A stretch of 55,899 bases of DNA, the filler included, from Dirinaria sp. TL-2023a (taxonomy: Eukaryota): the NCBI GenBank assembly GCA_051941275.1. It is 5 parts of 5 records of this genome, joined end to end, with 100 filler letters (N's around TTAATTAATTAA, not from the genome) between each part and the next. Parts side by side here need not be neighbours in the genome. Positions count along the whole stretch, not along the records: positions 1 to 11,111 come from JAVEBF010000875.1; positions 11,212 to 22,320 come from JAVEBF010000876.1; 3 more parts are not named here. One strand, 5' to 3'. The notes beneath the pieces are model-generated. The model was not told the DNA's origin. It saw only the letters and a list, made by a program, of their open reading frames with translations, and ran no database searches. Position numbers and translations under genes: made by a program. Shown piece after piece: positions 1 through 11,615 of this stretch; position 1 is the first letter of the stretch; each line of letters starts with the position of its first letter.

Positions 1-2303
1 GTAAGGTAGGCTCGTAGGATCAGGTAGAGCACAGTACCAAGTACCTTAGTACGTACCCCCCCACGAATGCCAACCCCGATTGGCGATAGATCAACAGCTT
101 CCCAGAAGTACCGACACTGGCTTGACTGGCCTACTTTAGTCGGCGGTCCGTGTGACAACCTTAACCTGCTGAGAGTCGGAAGGGTAAAGCAGTGGTGAGT
201 AGAGGGGATTCCTACCCTTAGTAGTGTCTTCGTGACGAAGAGAAACAGCAAGGTATTTTATTAATAAACCCCCCCCCGGACTTTTATTAGTTTCCCAGAA
301 GACAGTACGGAGTAGTCAATAGTCATGGGGATATCACTTATTTTAATCTTCCGTGGTAGCCTGGCAGCCCGAAGCCCAAAGCCTCGAATGAACAGACAGC
401 AGTGATTTGATCCAATGTACAATGATCGAATGTGACGGACGGCCAGTCTTACGACGGCACTGATAGACGCTCTCCAGCCCTAGAAATACACGATCGGGAT
501 CACAGGGCAGCAAGGTCGCAAGCACTGCTTCCTTCTCCTCTTTCCTGCTGACTGGTACCTCCACTCCCTGTTGTTTCCTTATTGGCTTTGGTGACCCACG
601 CATTGGGCAAGTGCGCAAAGACACTCGCTCCTCTGCCTGGGCTGCGACGGAGAAGTAGCGAGGCGATCCGTCCCGGCGTGCCACTACTGGACGCTGCGGC
701 GAAAGGCCAGTCGCTCACCCTGAATGGGCCCCGCCCGCCACAAGCCTGCCAGAGAGCTGGATCGGAAACCCTGGGGTTTATTTTTTGGGATTAGGACTAG
801 TGGTTTCTAGGCAGTCAAAATGTCAGAATGATGTGACCGTGTAGGCTATCACGCTGCTGCAGGGTTGCCGTGGGTGGAATACGGGCGGACGAAAGTCCCT
901 CGATCGTTCTTGGGGGTCGTGTTGGCGCCGTGTGGGTCTTTTGGTAGTCGGAGGTAAGCTGGGAGCAAGAAGGATGAAAAAAAGAAACATCTTGCCCAGA
1001 AGGGCATTAGAGTTGGGTACGCCTGCAGCTTGCAGGCCATGCAAAGGCCATGCGACAAATCAGCGCGCCAGCTATCTCAATCTCCCGTTGTAAGCCCGCC
1101 ACATCCATGCCCGTGTTTGCGTGATCAAAGCACCTGAACAAAGTCAAGCCTCAGTAGTAACTGCCATAGCTGAGCCAGAGCACAGGCCAAAGGGAAGAAG
1201 AGTGCTAAATGCACATCGATTGGTCGAGGACGAATCTTTCCCCCTTATGGCCAAAACTTTGCTATGTATAAGCTCCATCGGCAAATATGCTTCTGTCATC
1301 AATCGTTTTGCCGCCACTCCATGATTGAACACCTTCATAAGTCAATAATATATTGCCCAAACCAAACTTGAGCTCGCAAGCGTTACTGTTCCCTCTATGA
1401 AAGCAAGAGGCTGTTGCTACACAACTGTTCCTGCGTCATCTGAATAATTGGCCCATCCGCCCTCCATATTTGCAGATGTACTTTACGGAGCAATAAGTTT
1501 AAATCCTATCTTGTACTCCGCTCGTGGCAAGAGCAGGCGTTGTGGCTGCCCTCAGAGGTTGGTATTGGAAATTCAACGAAGGATGTGCAATGAGCGTAGA
1601 AGAACAAAGGACCATTCTCACGAAACCGGATACAAAACTTAGTATGTATTGCAAATAATGACTTCATCAGATTGTCGATATCATCGTTCTGGCACTCAAG
1701 GTCATTCTCAAGAAAATGAGATTAGGCTACCATGTCAGAACCTGACGAAAAACTTTGGCAGAGATCTGCACTGCTTTGTAGATAATTCATATCAAAGACG
1801 ACGTGGTCAGCAAACAGCACAGCAAATTGTAAGCCCGGAGAAATCCCCCAACGTGAAACAAGACCACGGAGCAAGGCCTGCAAAGTGTGCTGGGTGTGTT
1901 TGTAAAGTTTGCCCGCACTTCCATTGTTCTCATTGCCACTATATCCTCGGTCAATGGTTGAAAATCCTTCTATCAAGCACGTTCGTTTGTAGAAATAACT
2001 GTTTTCAATTTTGGTTGAACGTTACAAAGAAAATCTTACAAGGAGACTTCGGAACGGAGTACAGGCTGAAAGGGAGCTGGGATTGCTGCGGCACCTCAGA
2101 TGCTCTGCCAAGCTTGGGCTTAAAGGAGATGAGCAGTGGCCATAGAGACATTGAAAATATGAACTATCATAGCATGAGCATGTGCTGCAACGTAATAACA
2201 TGTTCAGCTTGTCGAGATCCACAGACAGCGAATCCTTAGTCAGTTCCGTACTGCGTCTGTCAGCTTTGTTGATTAGCAAACACTCTAAGCAGTTGTCAAA
2301 CTT

Positions 2304-4024
2304 CTACGATGCAAATCTGACGAAGTCCTGCTGTTGAGATAGAGCATGACCCTCTGCATCTTCCGAAAGATCCATCATATCATCCTCCAAGCCATCGGAT
2401 TCGACGTCGTCGCTGTTGATATCATCATAGTCCTCCTCTCCACTCGTTAGATCACTCCCCTCGTTTGCCGGGCCTACAGTTGTGATTTGATGATGACTTT
2501 CTGTTGCGTTAGCAGCGTGCTTTTTAAGCTGTCCTGCTCTATCGATATGAGGCAAGCGACATTTTTTATTACGGCAGGTTCCAAACTCAGCATAGTTTGG
2601 GCACTCATGCACATGCCGCTCGTCACAGAGTCTACCTTTAGCACAGTAACCTAGGATGGCAAAGTCGCGACAGACCGACGCTGATGGATTGACACGCACA
2701 TGCGTGTAGCGGCAGCTGCTGTTAGTGCACTTTCCGCGCAGGAAATGTAAACAGGCTGGGGCTCGTTCCGGTGTGGCGTCATGTGAAAGATCACAAGATT
2801 CTCCTGCTGGACAGCTTCCTTTCTGTAGATAGTCTTTGCACATGGCGACTTTGTCGGGGTTATGGATATACGGACATAGGGGTCCTTTAGAGCAATGACC
2901 TAGGCAAAGAAGACATAGTCAGTGTCCGGCTGCTGTAACTTTCCTCGAGCCAAAAGTATCTAGATGTCAACAGTCCCTGCACTTATCGAAGGTGGAGAAG
3001 AGGTTACCAGTTCTCGTAAAGCGCTGGCATGGTTTGTCGATCTTTTTGACACGGCCGGCTTCCCTTGATTGATATTAGTTCATGGTCTCTTGATTGACAT
3101 TTGCCCACCGCCGTGGAAAATAGTTCATATGAAACTTTCTAACAGTATACTCACTTTTTAGCCTCCACGATACCAGCTCGATACAGGTTACCATTCTTAC
3201 TACGGTAAAATACAACTCCGCCAATATTAGCCTGCCTTGGTGTTGCATGTGCTGACTTAGAAGTATCTTGCTTTCTTGTGAGCTCAGGAGTTGCAACCAG
3301 CCTATGCTATAGCTCGTACGCACCAGGATCACGAATCAATTTGCTCCCACCGTTCATCACAGTGAAGCCTAAACCTTCGATTACGACGCGATAACCGGTG
3401 TGCGTAACAGAGGAGTGGCTCGAAGAGAGCGAACCCAATGACCGAAGATATCTATTAACTTGGTCCTTCTCATTCTGCTGCCTGTAGAGGGCGTTCTGCC
3501 GTCGCGTATTGTCGATTGCTTTCTTACGAGACTTAGCTTCTTTGTCATAGATATTCGAGTTGATCAGCTGCATGTGGCGGTCCCGTTTGGTAATCCAGTT
3601 AGAAGACCTTAGCATGGTATTGTCCTCTTGGTTTTCTTGCATATTGCCGTGCTCAGTGACAAGAGTAGATGGCGTGCTATCAGCCGCATTCTGACTATGG
3701 CCAGCAACTATTGGTTGCCTGAGGATCAATGTGCGGTTTCTGTGGGGGTTGGTGACCCTTCCACCACGATCTACCCTTGAATATGGCGCTGCCCGCGTAT
3801 GTTTCCATATTCCTCCATTATGTTTCGGAGCCGATTGGCTGTTACGTACAGAGTTCCGTCCAGCACCTGGATCGTTCGATTGATATAGATCTGATGGATG
3901 CTGTGTTTTACGAATGTTGATTTGACCTATGAGAATTAAGCCCTGCCCAAAGCAGATTCGACTTATTGTGTTACTGACCAGCTAGCTGGCTGATCCTGGC
4001 CAGGAGTTGATTATCTTCAGACAT
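2304..4024 (-). CDS. Multi-exon CCCH zinc-finger protein (ZC3H3/Red5-like)
   Basis: Exon 1 (4024-3979) encodes MSEDNQLLARISQLA. A GTCAGT..TAG intron (3978-3927) follows, then GQINIRK. The C-terminal ORF 2304-2843 has tandem C-x7/8-C-x4/5-C-x3-H fingers (CKDYLQKGSCPAGESCDLSH, CLHFLRGKCTNSSCRYTH, CPNYAEFGTCRNKKCRLPH) and an acidic tail. Internal exon boundaries are not all resolved. Confidence 0.8.
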
Positions 4025-4543
4025 GCTTTTTCACAATACCATGCGCGGTCGGTAGATATAGTTGATGGAAAGAAGAGAATTTGAGTAGAAGCGATCAGTA
4101 GTAAGTACTAAGTAAGGTACGTAATGTATCTTATGGGTGAGGTACGGCACATGCAAGTGAGCAGGCTAACTAGGTAAGGACGATCCCTGCTAGCTGCTTA
4201 TTGATCTCTGGGCTCCGATTGGTGGGAATATCTAAGAGAGCTACCCTATCAACCTGGTACAGAATCACTTACTTTACATAGGGTACCTTACTTTTCATGT
4301 ACATATACATGTGATTTCGCGTTAAGAGGTGAGGTACTGGACATTATTCCTGGCATGGCATCGTCTTGAAGTAGGGAGATGCTTTCATTGCCAGTAATGA
4401 GTTTATTCATGAATGGTTACAAAATTGTAATGGATCTCAGCATCTTAAATCCACGACAGCCTTAACCAGCTAGCCCAATCTATGTAAGCAGGATTCTAAA
4501 GCATCGACTTATAAAGCAGTCACAACGTCATCGCCGTGTGTGA

Positions 4544-5839
4544 CTAGATTGGCAGAACATCTTCCATCTCCTCCTCATTTTCATCGTCCTCCCCTTCCGA
4601 ATCTGAGCCTTCGTCCAGGCCATCGTCAGGGGCCTTCTCGTCTTTGGCTTGTTCGTATGCTTCGTAAGCACCTCCTTTGGCCTCAGGCTTCAGTTGCCAA
4701 TTGTTTGCGAACGTCCCTGACCTGACAAGGTGTGCGACCATCTCAAGCGTTTCCTTAAGATAAGCATCGGGTTGCTGAAGTCGCTCCTTAAGCGATCTGA
4801 AGGGCCAGTATTCGTATTGCTTAAAGCAGTCGTAAATGAGGTCAAGTAGCTCATTTTGTGCGATGCGCGCAGCCTTCATTTTCTGTGACTTCTCGCCCTT
4901 TTTATTCTTGGTTTTCTGGGAATGTTTAGCGCCAGCCTCGGCAGAAAAGTCAAAACACGTACAATGAACGAGGTGAATCCAAGGCCTGCCCCAGGAACCA
5001 TTGTCGTGCCTCCTGTAGCAGCGACCAGTCCGGGTTGGTACTCCGTCCTAGGCCTGGTCTTCTTTCCAGCTTCCCTTGCTCTTGTCTCCATGATACGTTT
5101 GTAGTCCGTATTATCTACTGGTAAGCAGTTGAGCTCCTTCTTGATCCGCCCCGCTATAGCCGTCTGTTCTAAAGAGCCTCAATGTAAGAACTAGTTCCCT
5201 GACCAACTGTACTCAAGCTTACTTGGAATACCCCTTCGACCACGGTATCTGCGGTTCTTGTCTATCCCTGTGGGATCTTGGCCTCCAGTCTTCGTACGTG
5301 CCAGTGCAAGAGGCACATCTCCACCGCTCGTTTTGAAGCCTCCCTTCCGGCTCGCTGTATAGCCAGGCAGGTCCTTTTCATTGAAAACAAAGGTGTTTGT
5401 TGGCTGCGCGTTAGTCATTTGTAGGACGTATTCGGCTGGTAGCATAGCTTTCTTCGCTATGTCCAAAGATAGCATCAGGCTCAGCTAGGATGGCCAATTC
5501 ATCAGCATGTCTTGATGTGAAGGCTATACAGCTGGACTAACTCACACTTTCAGGCTTTTCTATAGTACCTTCAACTCTGACCGTCCCAAGTCTAATCTCC
5601 TGCTCGTTATCCAGTGTTGACCAATATTTCCAGAGGTATTTCGGGATTCTTGTAAGGAAAAGGTTTCGAGACGCTTCTGCAAATTCGAGGTCACCAGCAT
5701 CTTCGTAGATATCATCCTCTGCAAGAGGTATATCCATCAATTCTGACTCATACTTGACAGGCAAATCTGCGCCATCTATGGGTTTGCCGTCGGGATCGAA
5801 TTTACGCCCTGGAACTGCCGTTCCTTGCGCCGTCGTCAT
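4544..5839 (-). CDS. tfg2: Transcription initiation factor TFIIF beta subunit (RAP30), multi-exon
   Basis: N-terminal DIYEDAGDLEF..LTRIPKYLW..IRLGTVRV, middle EYVLQMTN..NTFVFNEKDLPGY, and C-terminal winged helix ARIAQNELLDLIYDCFKQYEYWPFRSLKERLQQPDAYLKETLE..WQLKPE. The pieces are spread over ORFs 5537-5857, 5191-5475, 4876-5091 and 4544-4879. Confidence 0.9.
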
Positions 5840-6400
5840 CGTGGCGACCAGTTGCACTGGAGCAAGTGCCTCAAAAGTGCTGAAAAAACGGCATGTTGTG
5901 ACGCCAAAATCCAGTTAGCAACCTGTTGGGATGGGTGGTGGCAGCGATGTCATGGTAGGACAAAGAAGCTCTACGGATGGCGGGGTTTTTAGGTACTTCC
6001 ACTAGAGTAGGTAGGTAAAGGTAAGGTAAGCTTACCCCCGGTGTAGTCGATCAGGTAAGGTGTAAGGTAATCGCAGTAAGGTATACCTTATCTTACAGTA
6101 AATTACATATCATGTGATATAACTTAGCGGGGCATTCACGCGGGTACCTTGAAGTAAAGTATCTTAAGGTACCTCAGGGACCTTAGGGATCAAATGCTGT
6201 CTCACAATGTTGATGTCTTAACCATGCCTTGGCGTTCACTTTGCAATGTATATTTTTTCAAGCAAAAATACGTCGCAAGTCACTAATTATCAAGGTAAAC
6301 GATATTCTCCATAACCGATACACCACAATCTCAGCACATTCACTTGCAGAGCCTCGATCGGCAGAATCTCAACCCAGCTACTGGACGCCAATCATTAAGT

Positions 6401-7724
6401 ATGGCATCCACGACGGTGACTTCTGCTTTGGCGAGGCTTGAAGATGTCTCAACCCCACAACAGGATAAGCTTCCTGGCTATAAGGATCTCCTCGCCAACG
6501 TTCTTTCCAATGCCGACTCCGCTATGTCGTTGTCTGCCAACCTTACCGCTATCATTGATTCCTTACTGAGCGATTCCCTCGGACTTCTAACTGCGCGCCC
6601 TTTATTGAACAGCGCAGTCCAAGCTATTGGCTCGATTAGGACCGTTGGAGAGCGAATAGCGGCAGGAACCCACGCTCTTCGGGTCTTACAGCCTAGAGTC
6701 GTTTCATTCGAGGAACAAGATGCCATGATCAGAGAGATCCTTGCCGATTCCTATCAGGAAAGTGAAGAATTCCTGGAAGCAGCAAAGGTTCTTGCTGGCA
6801 TGCCACTTGAGTCATCACAACGTACAGTCTCCGATGATTCAAAGGTGAAGATCTGGATTCGGATCTGTCGCTTGTTTCTGGAGGAAGATGACACTACAAG
6901 CGCAGAAACTTTTCTGAACCGGGCGAAAAACTTGCTCTATAAGGTAGAGAACCAAGAGCTCAACCTGCAATTCCAATTATCCCAAGCTCGCATTCTAGAC
7001 GCTCGGCGGCGGTTTTTGGATGCTAGCCAGGCTTATCATCAAGTCAGCTTCTCTTCGATACTGGAAGAAGGTGAGCGCCTTCGCGGTTTGTCCTCGGCTA
7101 TTGTATGCGCTGTGCTAGCTCCAGCCGGACCACAGCGATCAAGAACCCTTGCGAAGCTGTATAAGGACGAACGAGCGCCTCAAATGGAGGAGTTTAGCAT
7201 CCTAGAGAAAATGTTCCTAGATCGGTTGTTGACCTCAACAGAAGTGGCCAAGTTCGCAGACAAGCTAGCACCGCATCAACTTGCGCAGACTGCCGACGGT
7301 TCGACGGTCTTGGCTAAGGCAGTCGTGGAACACAACCTTCTCAGTGCTTCGAAACTTTTTGAAAACATATCGACGAGTGAGCTCGGTGCATTGCTGTGTC
7401 TTGATCCTGAGAAAGCTGAAGAGTATGCTGCTCGTATGTTCGAGCAGGGTCGGCTTATCGGCCGTATCGATCAAATTGATAATGTCATCTTCTTCGAGGG
7501 CCGCGAAGGAAGCGGCGAAAGAATTACCACAGGTCAAGCCATCACTGGAGTAGCGCATAGGGACCTCAGAAATTGGGACTTCAAAGTTCAAGGCATTGCC
7601 GAAGAGATTGAGCGAGTTGCATCGATGCTGCAACTTCAATATCAAGTATGCTTATAATCACACCTCCTAAAATTATTCTTTAACCTGTGATCAGGGCCTT
7701 AAAGCAGGCACTGTGGCACACTGA
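6401..7724 (+). CDS. csn4: COP9 signalosome subunit 4 (PCI domain)
   Basis: Motifs PRVVSFEEQ, RLFLEEDD, LAPAGPQRSRTLAKLYKDER, AVVEHNLLSASKLFENI and GRIDQID. Terminal intron GTATGC..CAG at 7646-7694, last exon GLKAGTVAH* at 7695-7724. Confidence 0.95.
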
Positions 7725-9557
7725 GGGTGAAGGCCCCTACGAGCTCTGAATAACCTACATGATTATCTAGACACGTCCCCGAGCTGCGACCTGATGACAG
7801 TAAAGTGCGTACAATAGAGCACTTCAATAACAAGCACTTTTTTGAAATCTACCTGTCATTTTAACATTTTGACACTGTGCTATTCTTCCGCTGGAATATT
7901 TTCTATCCATGTCTGCGGTGAGTACTGGCTGGGTACCTCAGCTTTCGCAACAAGCTAAGACGTATTACCGATGTACGCGGAGCATTCGGCAGGCAGCCTG
8001 TGGCTACTTAGCCTTCTCAGCAGCAACAAGGAGCAGCACCAGCACATTTCTCGGAGCTGACCAGCTTTAAAAAATACCGAGAGCGTCGTCACGGCTGCCA
8101 TTTTGTCCACCGATTACCTAGTTGAGTGAAGATCAGATCTCTAATCTTATCTATTAGCCTGCGAAGCGATCGATCCTAATGACCCTCCACAGTTCCTTTC
8201 AGAATATTTACGGAAAGCAGATATAGACGCGTTCCATTCTAACAGACAGTTTTAGGATATTGATATTACATGAAGAGTGAATGCGAGTACCTGCAGTCTT
8301 TCAAAACAGTCCTTTCAACGCGATAATGAGATAAAGATTCTGTTACCATGACCAGTGACATGATCGATTGCGTCGCAAGAGTCCGGCTTAGGATTTCGGA
8401 ATCGAGTAGTTGTTTCAATTACCCAGAGTGCTTCAAAATTCTATTTCTTCCGCGTATCAGTAGCTTTTTTCGCAAAATTGACTTTCAGCGATCCAGCCTC
8501 AAGCTCCGTCAACTTCTATCCAGGAGAATGCTCTTCTTGGCCTTCTATTTACTCTTATATCTAATGAAACGCCACGAAACCGTAGAAAAGAGTGTTCCAG
8601 GCAGCGCTCCAGAGATTGTCGAAATTTATGCCCAACTCTCCGATCTTGCATTGAGCTATCGATTCTGTTGTCGTCAATACTCCGTTCCCGTTCGTCATTT
8701 CATCCCGCCACTTTGTTCTTCCACTCGATCATATGGTTCTATGAAGAGTTGCCAGCCCGAGTGATTGGAGAGGTAAAATAGACCTGGAATGATCAGAAAA
8801 TGTTGTGCCAAAACATTCGGCTTTTCTCAATAGGTATACATCCATTGGTATCCACGCGAATCATGCAGACATGACGAAATTCTTGAACGATGAAGATCTC
8901 GGTTATTGAACGCGAGAATTATCGACAGCCGGTTAGAGACCTAGTACAACCTTGAGTTGAAAACCTCAACGCTAGACTATCAGTTCATTGTGAAGGCAGC
9001 GCGGAAATGGACTGTTAGCATGGTGACACTGTTAGTAAACACGACGCTTAATCCAAACCGCCTGCGTACTGTCCCCGGTGCTGGCTTAAATTGGAGTATT
9101 GGAGAGCCAGACCCTGTTTCAACGCCAGCAGATTTGGACACACCTAGACGGAGTCTGACGATCGCAAAGAGTCAGACGAGGTTTCCACGAAATGCTCGAC
9201 ATTCATGCAAGGTTCTTGCTCAGCTATCCATGCCGTCTTGATGGCGAGATTCCGGTCAGTGTCTGTGCTACGTAGAAAAGGAAATCCTATGATGCGCTTA
9301 AGTCGCCGCGGCAAGACGAGCAATACGGTTCTGTGAATCGAGATGAACATTACGGCTTGAATCCCACAACTCCGGCAACCTGAAACAAGGCGAGGGCCCA
9401 CAAATTCCGATGCAGCCGCTCGGATAGTGGAGAGAACTGAATGTGTAAGAGTCGCGCAGTTAGTTACAGGTGGCCGTCTATGATGCGACTGAGTATAAGG
9501 ATATGCTTCTTTTGAGGAACTTTAGATCGCGAAAGGAGTTCATGTTTGGTTTCCAAC

Positions 9558-10189
9558 ATGAAAATCTCAAGACCACTTTCCCTACACAAGGTTTCTGGTC
9601 TTTTTGGGTTAGCTTTGACAGTATCGTTGTCTGGTTCTGTACCTTCAAGCTCAGTACCAGATGTCTTAGTCAACGCCACGTCACAGTTGCGACTCCCAAT
9701 ATGCTCGAGGGCGTCAGACGTAGCGAACAGGTAATTCCACACAGCAAAGGTCTGCAAGTGACAAGTCATCGGGATCTAACCTTTATACTTGAAAGACTCA
9801 ATGAATATCCGAGAGACCCATACCAAATGCGAGTCGCCGACACCACTACGTCTCTGATCTTCAGTAAATACGGCTCCACGCTCTATTTCGCGACTTTCCT
9901 TGATCTCATCTGCAAAGCGCAATATCAAATCGTTCAGGACATGGCCGCTTCCCATGGGGATGGGCCTGTATCGCAGCCGGACTTCGAATGGGTCCAAGAG
10001 AGGCTATCCGTGGAAATCAGTCGGCCGTTCGCTCAGCTGGATCTAACGTGGTTGATGTTGGCGGATACACTGGAAGGATTGCGCGTGTTCTTCACTAGAT
10101 ATGGGTGGTTTGAGACGACGATTACTGTGTTGGATGATACAGCGGGCCCCGTGGGGTATGGCAGCGTCAAGTACAGAGTACGTGTATGA
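9558..10189 (+). CDS. Small putative secreted protein of unknown function (about 188 aa, 2 exons)
   Basis: Exon 1 (9558-9730) MKISRPLSLHKVSGLFGLALTVSLSG.. has a hydrophobic leader. Intron 9731-9795 (GTAATT..CTAAC..AAG) joins in frame to exon 2 RLNEYPRDP..LTWLMLADTLEGLRVFF..VLDDTAGPVGYGSVKY. Confidence 0.7.
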
Positions 10190-10435
10190 AAACATAATGC
10201 ATGGGAAACGTAGATAGTGTCGATAGGACTATCCTGAATCAGGAGTGGATGTACAGTCAAGATATCAGCGGGAACAAGTATGAACGGAAAAGTGAGCCAG
10301 CCCCTAACGTCAGTCTTTATGCGATGGACTGTTATTGTTATGCTAATAAGGAGTTCCTTATGGAAATCAGGTACTAGCTAGGTTATGTGGTAATGTGCAA
10401 CAGTATGAGAAACAAGGAGTCTATTACTATCAAGA

Positions 10436-10677
10436 CTAATTACTGAGAAACTCAAGTTCTCGAGATGAGAATGATCTCTTTATTCTATACGACTTCGCAA
10501 TCGTTTGACAGTATTGCGAATATATCGTACTAAAGTTTACGCAGCGTTTATAAAACGATGACATCAAACTATTTAAAAATTTTCGAATACTCGTTCCAAT
10601 TTTACTGATCTCAGAGAATTTTGAGAAAATTTTCACTCATTTCACGTAATAAATCACTAAATCGTAATGATTAAAAT
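10436..10677. mobile_element. AT-rich degenerate repeat relic (RIP-like)
   Basis: Abrupt shift to AT-rich sequence with very few CC/GG dinucleotides and retained CG/TCG/CGA. It abuts the LTR-like unit. No coding homology recognised. Confidence 0.35.
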
Positions 10678-10882
10678 TGTCATGAACCTAGACCTGGAGC
10701 ACCTTAGGTCAGGTCACATGATCAGGTCACATGATCAGACTCAGCGTTCTCTCGGACCGATATTGCTTCGGGTCCCTATTTGAGTCTTTCTGTAGATAGA
10801 TTTCCTTTTCTTTTCTTCCTTATAGATAGTGTTCTAGTCTACTAGCACCCATATGCCATTGAGCGCTGTGCAGGCCCTGACA
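10678..10882. mobile_element. Solo LTR-like element (205 bp)
   Basis: Starts TGTCA (10678) and ends TGACA (10882). It has an internal tandem GGTCACATGATCA x2 and a pyrimidine-rich tract. No target-site duplication is visible. Confidence 0.55.
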
Positions 10883-10886
10883 TTAG

Positions 10887-11111
10887 TGTTACGACCCTGA
10901 AACACCTAAGTAGTAAGATAGACACCAAGTCCCTTGACTTGGTTTAGTTAGTCTTTTGGCGCTGCCGGGACTTTTACCATTGAGAAACCTATCTAACCAA
11001 GGTTGAGTCTTTGACATTAAACCAAGTCAACACGGTCGCAAGGTTCTGAGTTCGATTCTCAGCCCGAACGCTTGAAGAGTTTTCGGGTTTCGGCGAGAAC
11101 TTGTGACTGAG
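10887..11111. mobile_element. Second LTR-like element, truncated by the contig end
   Basis: Begins TGTTACGACCC 4 nt after the first unit ends. It contains a 13-bp inverted repeat (10934-10946 / 11018-11030) and runs into the contig break. Confidence 0.4.
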
Positions 11112-11211
11112 NNNNNNNNNNNNNNNNNNNNNNNNNNNNNNNNNNNNNNNNNNNNTTAATTAATTAANNNNNNNNNNNNNNNNNNNNNNNNNNNNNNNNN
11201 NNNNNNNNNNN
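11112..11211. other. Artificial contig linker
   Basis: 44 N + TTAATTAATTAA (stops in all six frames) + 44 N. Confidence 0.98.
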
Positions 11212-11615
11212 TTATAAAGCCCACCATTCGGATCCCCGTTCGTAACCACCTGGATCGTCGCATTCGTGCCCTCCCTCACCGGCGTCCCCGCGGGCAGCAC
11301 CACGTCCCCGAGGCAGAACTTCCCGATCCCCTGCTCCTGGACCGTGCGCACCAGCGTGATGTTGAAGCCCGTCCCCACCGAGTTGCCGAGACCGAGCAGT
11401 ACTTGTACTGCTGCTTCGTCGTGCTCCATCGTCAGCTGGATCGGGCCCCCGCCTGTGAGCGGCCAGAGGGTCCGGTTCGTCGAGGGAGTGTTTTGCCCCC
11501 CGCATGGGAACTGGACCAGGGCGTCTTCGTCGAAGCCCCGCGCCGGAGGGGAGTCGAGGGTGAAGTGGGCGAGGGCGGTGAGGGGGAGGATGGAGAGAAG
11601 GAAGAGGGAGAGCAT
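11212..11615 (-). CDS. X325 / Bim1-like secreted copper-binding protein (LPMO-like His brace), 3' end truncated by the contig end
   Basis: Signal peptide MLSLFLLSILPLTALA is followed directly by His1 (HFTLDSPPARGFDED..FPCGG). A second His sits at mature position 49 (MEHD), then FCL and NATIQVVTNGDPNGGLY. The expected C-terminal Cys motif and GPI tail would lie beyond the break. Confidence 0.85.

Noticed and set aside
1..340. Possible LTR end (..CCGTGTGACA at about 157) and the palindrome TCTTCGT-G-ACGAAGA at the start of contig 1
   Set aside because: No second terminus, target-site duplication or repeat copy in the window, so it cannot be supported.
343..2279. Several overlapping 60-200 aa ORFs, some protein-like fragments on the + strand
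   Set aside because: No recognisable domain and no consistent spliced model. At most a decayed gene.
8348..9401. ORFs of 85-138 aa between csn4 and the secreted-protein gene
   Set aside because: No motifs or clear splice structure. Treated as intergenic or unrecognisable relic.
11046..11062. tRNA gene
   Set aside because: Only a T-arm is present. No acceptor stem or anticodon arm could be built, so it is reported as a B-box-like element instead.
11156..11167. TTAATTAATTAA palindrome recurring about every 11.2 kb as a biological periodic element
   Set aside because: It is always centred in exactly 88 N. It is an artificial six-frame stop linker.
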